From NCBI GenBank assembly GCA_030523555.1, contig JAUNIH010000002.1, forward strand, positions 7,938-71,937: 64,000 nucleotides of DNA, given 5' to 3'. The stretch is from Erysipelotrichaceae bacterium (GTDB lineage: Bacteria; Bacillota_I; Bacilli_A; Erysipelotrichales; Erysipelotrichaceae). Below the pieces are notes generated by a model, which did no database searches, was not told the origin of the DNA, and worked only from the letters and a program-made list of their open reading frames with translations. Position numbers and translations under genes: made by a program. The first letter of the stretch is position 1, and each line of letters opens with the position of its first letter. This document shows, piece by piece, positions 55,125 through 62,869 of this stretch.

Positions 55125-55144
55125 ATTATAACATTTGTTATAAT
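55125..55144. promoter_or_regulatory. Perfect 20-bp palindrome made of two back-to-back extended -10 elements (divergent promoters)
   Basis: ATTATAACA-TT-TGTTATAAT. The minus arm is followed by 6 nt, then ATG 55118. The plus arm is followed by 7 nt, then ATG 55152. The whole intergenic space is 33 bp and neither gene has an SD. Confidence 0.6.
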
Positions 55145-55151
55145 TTATCTA

Positions 55152-56171
55152 ATGAGTGAAGCAGAATTAAACAAGACAAATATCGGTATAGCCTTACTGA
55201 AAGCTTTAATGGCCTTTGAAGTAGTACTGGCCCATTTCTGTAAGTGGCCAGACAGTATGCCAATATATATGCAGCCCTTCAGAACTCTTGTATCTTTAGC
55301 GGTGCCGGTCTTCTTTGTGGTATCTTTCTATTACTCTGAAAAAATAATAATCTCCAGAAACAGAATGACCAAATTCGACAGACTGAAGAAGTTATTCCTG
55401 CCTCAGCTTATCTGGGCTATCATCTATTTTGATATATTTCTTATTCTTGACAGGTTCTGTGGTACCGGAAACAATGCCACAACTATGGATCTTCTCTATC
55501 AGGTATTTACCGGACACAGTTCAAAACTCAACTCCGCCATGTGGTTTCAGTTTGATCTAATTATAATCACTGCCCTTTTCTGCCTTATCTATTCTAAAGA
55601 CAAAAAAACAGGATTAGTCTTAACCCTGATTATTACTGCCTTATCAATTTATCTTCAGATAAGCGGCATAAACTATTCATTTTTCAACGGTATGATCTTT
55701 GAACTTAAGTACCCACTAGGAAGACTCGCCGAAATGATACCTTACGCCACTCTGGGCTTTTTACTTAAATACTTTGATATCCTGGATACCTTAAAGAAGC
55801 ACAGATACATCAGTATCATCGTTGCAACAATATTATTTATCGCTGGCTTTATCATCAAATGGCCAACATTCAGTGATTTCGGTTATGGCGGTTTCACAAA
55901 ACTTTATTTATGTATCTTCCCGGTCATCATCGCCTATCTCTTCCCATTTGAATATCTTACTAAGGGAATCAAAGAGATACTGCTTAAGTTATGTGAAAAT
56001 ACTTTGGGGATCTATTGTATGCACATACTGGTTGCGAAGCTTATAAAAGTCTTCTTACCTGTGATATATTCCGAAACATTCATCGGTTGCATAATCATAT
56101 ATGTGGTTTCTTATCTGATTTCCTGCATAATAAAAGCGCTTTTTACTCGAAGCGCTCATAATTTTATCTGA
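55152..56171 (+). CDS. Acyltransferase family 3 (AT3) membrane O-acyltransferase (plus strand)
   Basis: MSEAELNKTNIGIALLKALMAFEVVLAHF. Polytopic. The ATG at 55152 is preferred over the TTG at 55071, which would overlap the divergent gene. Confidence 0.82.
   Translation: MSEAELNKTNIGIALLKALMAFEVVLAHFCKWPDSMPIYMQPFRTLVSLAVPVFFVVSFYYSEKIIISRNRMTKFDRLKKLFLPQLIWAIIYFDIFLILDRFCGTGNNATTMDLLYQVFTGHSSKLNSAMWFQFDLIIITALFCLIYSKDKKTGLVLTLIITALSIYLQISGINYSFFNGMIFELKYPLGRLAEMIPYATLGFLLKYFDILDTLKKHRYISIIVATILFIAGFIIKWPTFSDFGYGGFTKLYLCIFPVIIAYLFPFEYLTKGIKEILLKLCENTLGIYCMHILVAKLIKVFLPVIYSETFIGCIIIYVVSYLISCIIKALFTRSAHNFI
56114..56171 (+). repeat. Direct repeat copy 1 (3' end of the AT3 gene; contains the terminator hairpin 56135-56156 used by the convergent minus-strand operon)
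   Basis: tctgatttcCtgcataataaaagcgctttttACTCGaagcgctcataaTtttatctga matches 61444-61498 with 2 substitutions and a 3-nt indel. Confidence 0.85.
56135..56156 (-). terminator. Hairpin terminator for the 61261-to-56185 operon, embedded in the AT3 coding 3' end
   Basis: Minus strand has AGCGCUU, an 8-nt loop, AAGCGCU, then UUUAUUAUG. Confidence 0.55.
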
Positions 56172-56184
56172 TCTGTTATATTCG

Positions 56185-57921
56185 TTAATTGGCGCAGTAC
56201 AGATACAGGTGATAGAAATCACCATCATAATCATTCACATAAGTTAAATCAATATCTTCAGCGTTGGCTATTTCTGCCCTTGATATGATATAGGTTCCTC
56301 CGTATTTCTTAAAAGCTTCTGTATCAATATATAGATCAGCAGCTTCTACATCCTTTTCCAAAGAAGGATCATAATCCAGTTCACCATAAAGATACATTCT
56401 TCCACCCCAGTTATCATAATAGGATTCATATTTGGAATATTCTTCAAGTGCCGGAGCTATAATTTCTCTGAAGTTTTCCTGCTGCTCCATAGAATGTATG
56501 GTCAGATAACCATCCAATGTAGTAAAACCGTTATAGAGAAGAACGCTAGGATGGAAGCCATACGCTGCAACCCCTTCTCCCTGATAATTGATATCTTCTT
56601 TCAGCTCAGTAAACTGATCTTCCGAAAAGAAATATGTAACACTCAGATTATCATCATCCATTTCACCCGTGATTATATATCTCCATGTCGCATTGGCATC
56701 GTTATACCTGATGGATGAACACATGATTAAACCGATCTGGGCAACAATCAGAACAGTCATAAAGACTTTAATATATTTATTGTTTCTATCATCAAGAGCA
56801 CACATCGCAAATAAACCAAACCACACCAGACGCATATAGCCCATTACTCTGCCGATCTGTAAACCATCAATTATCATTATGCCGGTCTTCAGACCGCCTT
56901 CCTGGAAGACGGCTATCGTAGCACTAAGCAGCCAGAAAACATAACCCGCAAAGATAATTAAGGCTTTAGACATCGACTTTTTATTCTTTTTTATCAGCCA
57001 GTCATAAACATAATAAACAAAGAAAACAAGAGTAGTCGGAAACAGGATATACATATGAAGGGTTGGTGTCCATCCCTGATTGGTTTTCATGTATTTGTAG
57101 ATGGCATAGGCTGTATCATAGTTGAAAGTAAATGAGGATCTCGCATCTACATAGAGACTGCGGCTTCCTGAAGAAGAATTCAAAGCTATAATCATATAAC
57201 TCAAATCAACAATAACAGTTCCCATACAAATCAGAAGAAAAGCACCCCACAGGTTCCAGTTTATTTTCTTATGAACAATCGTATCGATGATTGTAAACAG
57301 AAGCCAGAATCCGCATACAAAAATAAGGAAAGCATTAAACTGCTCAAATAAAGGAAAAAGAACCGTTAACAATGTAAGTTTTGTAAACTTATCTCTTTTG
57401 CTTAAATGCAGAAATCCTGTAATGATAACAGGAAGAAATGCATAAGATATCGTTCTGTTTACTGCACATGGTGTAATGATATAGGCAATTGAAATAAGAC
57501 ATATAACAAATTTTTTGAAAATATCATCCTTTTCTACCTTGAAAACATAGTTCAGTAAATAGAAAGAAGATGAAAAGCCCACAACAGCTGTAAAGATTCT
57601 TGTTACTATCTGTCCACCAACAAAACCGAAGGCATAATTGAACAGATTATAGACATAAAGGCAGATAGTAAAATAAAACCATTCCATACCGCCCATAACC
57701 GGAATAATTCCACCTTCACTTAAGAACATACCGTTATCATGAAGCAGTTCAGAAGTACCGGCAAAACTGTCCAGCGTATCATGAACTGTATAGATGTAGT
57801 TTTCTCCCATAAAAACAATAGGAAGCACATAAAAACAAAGTCCCAGCAGAATACTCAGGATCATCAGTTTTTTTAATATGTTATTGGGGAATGTTTTATT
57901 TTCCATAATAATAGAAACCAT
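56185..57921 (-). CDS. Polytopic GT-C-like membrane protein with a C-terminal extracytoplasmic domain (DUF6044-like by recollection)
   Basis: 578 aa. The first-loop motif is YTVHDTLDSF. About 11 TM segments are followed by a roughly 180-aa soluble, acidic, Tyr-rich tail. Confidence 0.5.
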   Translation of the reverse strand: MVSIIMENKTFPNNILKKLMILSILLGLCFYVLPIVFMGENYIYTVHDTLDSFAGTSELLHDNGMFLSEGGIIPVMGGMEWFYFTICLYVYNLFNYAFGFVGGQIVTRIFTAVVGFSSSFYLLNYVFKVEKDDIFKKFVICLISIAYIITPCAVNRTISYAFLPVIITGFLHLSKRDKFTKLTLLTVLFPLFEQFNAFLIFVCGFWLLFTIIDTIVHKKINWNLWGAFLLICMGTVIVDLSYMIIALNSSSGSRSLYVDARSSFTFNYDTAYAIYKYMKTNQGWTPTLHMYILFPTTLVFFVYYVYDWLIKKNKKSMSKALIIFAGYVFWLLSATIAVFQEGGLKTGIMIIDGLQIGRVMGYMRLVWFGLFAMCALDDRNNKYIKVFMTVLIVAQIGLIMCSSIRYNDANATWRYIITGEMDDDNLSVTYFFSEDQFTELKEDINYQGEGVAAYGFHPSVLLYNGFTTLDGYLTIHSMEQQENFREIIAPALEEYSKYESYYDNWGGRMYLYGELDYDPSLEKDVEAADLYIDTEAFKKYGGTYIISRAEIANAEDIDLTYVNDYDGDFYHLYLYCAN

Positions 57922-59196
57922 CTATTGTAGAGACAGTTTCTTCCACTCCTTTCTTGTTTCAATAAAAGTAGCTATAGTATAAGGAACAAGGGATAAGCCT
58001 GTCGCCCAGCATGCGCCTGTTGCCCCATACACTGGAATCCACAGATAATTCAAAGTAAAATTGATTACTATAATGCTGGCATACCAGAAACTGCGGATAT
58101 TCGCTTTCTTTCTGAAATCCAGAAAGACAGAATAGAAATTGGAAATACTGTACAAAGAATAATACAGCACCAGCATTCTTAACAAACTTGCAGCTTCCAC
58201 ATATTCATCTCCATACAATATCTTAATCGCAATTCCCGCAAAAATCAGAAAACATAAGGAAACAGATAAAGCGATAAAGATATTTAACAGTTCCATCCTG
58301 ATGAATTCTTTTTTCTTTTCTTTGACATTATCCCTGTCAACAAGTGAAAAAGAAGTCATAACGCCAACAGCCAGCGCAAAATTGACATGTGTAGCCTTGG
58401 AACAGAGACTCTTTGCGATATTATAAACCGCAACATCACTCTTTGTAGAAAACAGTCCCAGCATAAAGGTATCCATTTCCACAAGAACCATACCACCTAT
58501 ACCAATAAATGCCATAGGTAAGGCATATCTGCCAATTTCCTTCAGATAAGGTTTAAAGTTACTGAATTTTACAGGATATTTTATCCTGTTATTTATAAAG
58601 ACATAGATAAAACCGATTATGTTGGTAATAAGACCGCCTAGAAGATAACCATAGGCAATAGATCTGACATTTCTTCCAAACATTAACAGTATGACTGAAA
58701 AGACAAAATATCCTCCATGTTCAAGAACTGTTACGATAAAGAGTTCCTTAAACCTGTTCAAACCCATGAACAGGCTCTTGAGAAACTCTGTAATACTGTT
58801 CATAATGACCAGTACTGCAGCACATTCAAAAAGCCACTTCAGATTGGGATATTTATCAGGAAAACCAAGGCTTTCGGCATATCCTGGAAGAATAAAATAA
58901 ATAGCCAGTCCGATAATCAGACTCACAGCAAATCTGATGATAATTGATGACAATAGACAATCCTGTTTCTTCTCTGGTTCATTTTCATATTTGGATATGT
59001 AAACCTTGGCTGAAGCATTTATGCCAAACCAGCCAATGTAAAACAGCATCGTCGCAATCGCAAAAAAGTATGCCCACTCGGCATATGCATCTTTTCCCAG
59101 AAGTCTCGCCGCAACAATATCCAGTAAAGCCCAGAATACCATCGCAATGACTTTTCCCAGTAAACTGTAAGATATGTTTTTAAAGAATTTAAACAT
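57922..59196 (-). CDS. MOP-family flippase #3
   Basis: 424 aa and 12 TM-like segments. N-terminus ISYSLLGKVIAMVFWALLDIVAARLLGKDAYAEW. Confidence 0.75.
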   Translation of the reverse strand: MFKFFKNISYSLLGKVIAMVFWALLDIVAARLLGKDAYAEWAYFFAIATMLFYIGWFGINASAKVYISKYENEPEKKQDCLLSSIIIRFAVSLIIGLAIYFILPGYAESLGFPDKYPNLKWLFECAAVLVIMNSITEFLKSLFMGLNRFKELFIVTVLEHGGYFVFSVILLMFGRNVRSIAYGYLLGGLITNIIGFIYVFINNRIKYPVKFSNFKPYLKEIGRYALPMAFIGIGGMVLVEMDTFMLGLFSTKSDVAVYNIAKSLCSKATHVNFALAVGVMTSFSLVDRDNVKEKKKEFIRMELLNIFIALSVSLCFLIFAGIAIKILYGDEYVEAASLLRMLVLYYSLYSISNFYSVFLDFRKKANIRSFWYASIIVINFTLNYLWIPVYGATGACWATGLSLVPYTIATFIETRKEWKKLSLQ

Positions 59197-60325
59197 CTTG
59201 TTTATCCAGAATCCTGTTCATGATTTCGATATAGGAAGAAGCTGTTCTGTTCCATCCGAAAAGATTATCAATTCTTTCCTTACTCTTCTTTCCCATTTCT
59301 CTTCTTTTCGAATCATCATTGATAAGTTCAATGATTTTATCGGCAAACCCATCTGTCTCACAGATATATCCGTTATCACTGACAAGTTCAGGAGCACCCT
59401 GACATGGACTTATAATAACCGGCAGACCGCACGCCATAGCTTCTAAGACAACATTGGGCATACCCTCTTTCTTTGAAGGAAGAATAAAGATATCACCGTC
59501 CTGATAATAAGGAAGTATTTCTTCTCTGTTTTTCTGTCCTTCAAAAAAGAAATAATCTTCCAGTTCATTCTCTTTTACCATATTTTCCAGTGTTTCTCTG
59601 TATGGTCCATCTCCCACAACCGTAAAGCGTATCTTCTTAGTGGTATTTTCCAAGATCCTTTTTACTTCCGGAATAATAAACTTCAGTCCTTTTCTTTCAA
59701 TCAGACGGGAAACAAACAGAATATTTATATCTTCACTGTTCTTATCTTCTGAAGGTCTGTAATAGTCTGTATCCACACCATTATAGATGACCTCAAAATC
59801 CTTCTTTGAATAATAATCCAGAGCCATCTTTCTTAAACCTTCACTGTTGGCAACTAAGGAATCAGCGTTTCTCCAGATAGTTTTAATGGCAGGTCCCAGT
59901 ATCTTATAGACAGTAGTAAAACGGTCCTGGAATCCCGGAACATCACCACCGCCAAAACGTATAATATATGGCAGATTATATCTTTTCTTTAAAAGATATC
60001 CTATCGGACCACTAGGTATACCAAAGAAAGTCAGACAGATATCATAACTGTTTTCTTTATGAAGTTTCATACATAAAGGCGTAGCCTTAACAAGAAAATC
60101 CAGCATCTCCATAAAGCTGCAGTGTTCCTTATGTTTTCTTTTGGCTTTAACTCTTCTTATTAAAACGCCATTATTATTTTCTTCTTCAGGAAGATCATTA
60201 AAATCAACTGTCACAATTTCAATTTCATGACCCATCTTTACAAATTCTCTGCTCAGAAAATAACAGGCATTGGCTCCACCTCCACCAACAGGAGGGAACT
60301 CATGAGATACGATAAGTATTTTCAT
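59189..60325 (-). CDS. GT4 glycosyltransferase
   Basis: MKILIVSHEFPPVGGGGANACYFL...IFILPSKKEGMPNVVLEAMACGLPVIISP. Confidence 0.88.
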   Translation of the reverse strand: MKILIVSHEFPPVGGGGANACYFLSREFVKMGHEIEIVTVDFNDLPEEENNNGVLIRRVKAKRKHKEHCSFMEMLDFLVKATPLCMKLHKENSYDICLTFFGIPSGPIGYLLKKRYNLPYIIRFGGGDVPGFQDRFTTVYKILGPAIKTIWRNADSLVANSEGLRKMALDYYSKKDFEVIYNGVDTDYYRPSEDKNSEDINILFVSRLIERKGLKFIIPEVKRILENTTKKIRFTVVGDGPYRETLENMVKENELEDYFFFEGQKNREEILPYYQDGDIFILPSKKEGMPNVVLEAMACGLPVIISPCQGAPELVSDNGYICETDGFADKIIELINDDSKRREMGKKSKERIDNLFGWNRTASSYIEIMNRILDKQDV

Positions 60326-61261
60326 TTATCTGTTTTCAACAACTTCCTTAATGTTATAAGGTTTATCTGAACATGAACCATAGTAGGTCTTCATCATTAT
60401 TTCGCTCATCAGACCAAACACAAACAATAATAATCCGATAATGATAAAGAAGACAGTAAGTAATGGTGGAAAGATATTGTTTGACATCTTGGCACCACTG
60501 ATAAATAGGATAACTGACCATACACCACAGATAAATCCTAGACCAATAAACGCCAGTCCTGCACCACCCAGTAAATGTAAGGGTCTACTGGCAAAGGTAT
60601 TCCAGAACCAGACAGAAACCATATCCACAAAACCCTTAATGGTTCTTTTCCAATTGTACTTGGTAACACCGGCAGTACGTGCTCTGTGGTTTACAACCAC
60701 TTCCCCGACCTTGAAACCTTTAATTTCCAGTAAAGCCGGAATAAAACGATGCTGTTCACCATAGAGATTCACATCATCAAAACATTCTCTCTTATATACC
60801 TTCAATGAACATCCGCTGTCATGAATACCATCATGAACAAGAATCTTTCTTAATAAGTTAGCACCTCTGCTGACAAAACGTTTCATAAAAGAATCCTTAC
60901 GGTTCTTTCGCCATCCGGATACCACATCAAGATTATTCTCTTCAAGATATTCAATCATATTAGGAATATCCGCAGGATCATTCTGTCTGTCACCATCCAT
61001 AGTGACAATATAATCTTTACTTGAAGCTTTAATGCCCGCATCCATTGCCGCAGTCTGACCGAAATTTCTTCTGAAACATATAAGTTTTAAAGGACTTAAA
61101 CCTTTACAGATTTCAACTGTCTTATCTGAAGATCCATCATCCACAAAAATAATCTCATAATCAAAACCGTTGGCTTCACATACATCAACAATCTCTTTAT
61201 GAAGTTCTTTAACATTCCCTTCTTCGTTATATACAGGCACTACAACCGAAATACTTTTCAT
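60326..61261 (-). CDS. GT2 polyprenyl-phosphate glycosyltransferase with 2 C-terminal TM helices (GtrB/CsbB/ArnC type)
   Basis: ISVVVPVYNEEGNVKEL...IIFVDDGSSDKT...TMDGDRQNDP, then two TM segments (LHLLGGAGLAFIGLGFICG and LLTVFFIIIGLLLFVFGL). GAGGGA SD. Confidence 0.85.
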   Translation of the reverse strand: MKSISVVVPVYNEEGNVKELHKEIVDVCEANGFDYEIIFVDDGSSDKTVEICKGLSPLKLICFRRNFGQTAAMDAGIKASSKDYIVTMDGDRQNDPADIPNMIEYLEENNLDVVSGWRKNRKDSFMKRFVSRGANLLRKILVHDGIHDSGCSLKVYKRECFDDVNLYGEQHRFIPALLEIKGFKVGEVVVNHRARTAGVTKYNWKRTIKGFVDMVSVWFWNTFASRPLHLLGGAGLAFIGLGFICGVWSVILFISGAKMSNNIFPPLLTVFFIIIGLLLFVFGLMSEIMMKTYYGSCSDKPYNIKEVVENR

Positions 61262-61443
61262 ACTGATCCCTCACTTTATAAAGTTATAAAAAACACATAA
61301 TAATCTATATTACTTTTAAATTTTACTATATTTTAATAGTTTTTTATTGCCTCAAAGGTTTTATATTCAGGATTTCACCAAAAATAAAGTGCGTAATATT
61401 GTATTATGGTTCAGAAAATAAAGATTATGAAAGAGTAATACAC

Positions 61444-61498
61444 TCTGATTTCGTGCATAATAAAAGCGCTTTTTCTAAGCGCTCATAACTTTATCTGA
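61444..61498 (+). pseudogene. Fossil 3' end of an AT3 acyltransferase gene. It is direct repeat copy 2
   Basis: In frame it reads LISCIIKALFLSAHNFI*, against LISCIIKALFTRSAHNFI* at 56115-56171. Both substitutions are synonymous third-position changes (TCC/TCG, AAT/AAC) and the indel is 3 nt. No upstream coding sequence remains. Confidence 0.75.
61465..61483 (-). terminator. Hairpin terminator after the AAE-family transporter gene
   Basis: Minus strand has AGCGCUU-AGAAA-AAGCGCU followed by UUUAUUAUG, starting 7 nt after the stop at 61491. Confidence 0.55.
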
Positions 61499-62630
61499 CG
61501 ATAAAGGTTCCAAACAGCTGAACCATAATGACCATCGTGGCAAGTGATGCCGGATAGGCTGCCGCATAGGAAGTCGTCACATCATCACTTCCCGCAACTT
61601 CAATCAGAGTTCCAAGAGCCGGTGTACTGGTCATTCCTCCACACACCGCACCAAGCGCATTAAATAGACTCATCTTGAATACCTTACGGGCTACCAGATA
61701 TGCGCTGATCATTGGAACAAGGGCAATTATTGCACCATAGATAAACAGGATAAAGCCCTGCTGACTTAATACCTCTACAAAGCCATTACCGGCCTTTGTA
61801 CCAGCCCCAATCAGAAACATTGCCAGTCCAAACTCTCTCATTGTTGTGAGGGTTTCTTTTTTTACAGAAACATCAAGACTTCCGATATGACCGAAATGTC
61901 CCAGTATCAGACCCATAAATAAAGGTCCTCCAGAATTTCCTAAAGATATTCCTGATCCTCCTGGTAAAGGAATAGTGATCTTACCAAGTAGAATACCAAG
62001 TACTACCGCTAGACCCAGTCCAAAGAAACCATTTGTATCGCATCTTAGTAGCTTAAGCTTTTCTTCTTTTTTCTCAATTGAATTATCTTTTTCCAGTTTT
62101 TCTCTTTCTTTAGATATATCTGCCTTAAGAATTAAAGGCATAACCTGCATAAACAGCACAACACTTATTACGCCAAATGGATAGGCTATACCATAGCCCA
62201 CCGATACCATATCTGAACCGGTTACTTCTATCGCTGTGGCTAGACCTGGGGTGGTTGTTAAAGCACCAGTCAATAAACCAAGAGATAAATCAGCCTTTAC
62301 ATTCATCAGTACAGTTACACCAAGTGTTGTTAATACACCCACGCAGACTATAAGAAATCCGATAAATAGATATTTGAGGGCATTACCCTTAAAATTACGG
62401 AAGAACTTTGGACCCGCAATAAAACCTACGGCTGTCACAAATGATGCCAGACCAAGAGATTGAACCATGGCGGGAACACTGATCCCGAAATGGCCAAAAA
62501 TCAGGGCAATGATTAAAATCCCTGATGTTCCTAGAGAAATACCCTTTATCTTTATTCTTCCAAGAAGATAACCTAACGCTGCAATAAGAAATACTGTAAG
62601 TATATTATTGCCGTTTAAAAAATCTGTCAT
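61491..62630 (-). CDS. Short AAE-family (AspT/YidE/YbjL) transporter: two Asp-Al_Ex halves without the central RCK_C pair
   Basis: An internal duplication is visible. LGTSGILIIALIFGHFG matches LGNSGGPLFMGLILGHFG, and GALTTTPGLATAIEVTGSD matches GGMTSTPALGTLIEVAGSD. The linker is only about 30 aa (KEREKLEKDNSIEKKEEK). Confidence 0.75.
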   Translation of the reverse strand: MTDFLNGNNILTVFLIAALGYLLGRIKIKGISLGTSGILIIALIFGHFGISVPAMVQSLGLASFVTAVGFIAGPKFFRNFKGNALKYLFIGFLIVCVGVLTTLGVTVLMNVKADLSLGLLTGALTTTPGLATAIEVTGSDMVSVGYGIAYPFGVISVVLFMQVMPLILKADISKEREKLEKDNSIEKKEEKLKLLRCDTNGFFGLGLAVVLGILLGKITIPLPGGSGISLGNSGGPLFMGLILGHFGHIGSLDVSVKKETLTTMREFGLAMFLIGAGTKAGNGFVEVLSQQGFILFIYGAIIALVPMISAYLVARKVFKMSLFNALGAVCGGMTSTPALGTLIEVAGSDDVTTSYAAAYPASLATMVIMVQLFGTFIVR

Positions 62631-62858
62631 TTACTGTTCTTTCGCCTTTTCTACCAGCTCAAGAATACTCTTTGCGGAATTGAAGTTTTCCGGTGTAATA
62701 TCTTCAGCACTGATCTCTACACCATAGGCATCATTAAGTTCTACGATAATTGAAATAATATCGAAAGAATCAATCAGATGATCTTCAATAATACTTTCTT
62801 CCTTTTCAAAATCCACAAAAGGACATACACCCTTTAATATCTCAATAAGTTTTTCCAT
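62631..62858 (-). CDS. DltC-like D-alanyl/acyl carrier protein
   Basis: 75 aa. The HLIDSFDIISIIVELND motif holds the phosphopantetheine Ser in a DSF context, as in DltC. Immediately downstream of an MBOAT. Confidence 0.75.
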   Translation of the reverse strand: MEKLIEILKGVCPFVDFEKEESIIEDHLIDSFDIISIIVELNDAYGVEISAEDITPENFNSAKSILELVEKAKEQ

Positions 62859-62869
62859 ATCTAATTCTC

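Noticed and set aside
55071-55151. ORF-track start (TTG 55071) for the plus-strand AT3 gene
   Set aside because: It would overlap the divergent SDR gene by 48 nt and read through the palindromic promoter. The ATG at 55152 gives a typical AT3 N-terminus.
61262-61443. Search for the promoter of the four-gene cassette, and for inverted repeats suggesting an invertible (phase-variable) promoter
   Set aside because: Several weak -10/-35-like words (TTGAGG...TATAGT with a 19-nt spacer, and TGAATATAA) are present, but none has convincing spacing. I found no flanking inverted repeats and no recombinase gene in the window.
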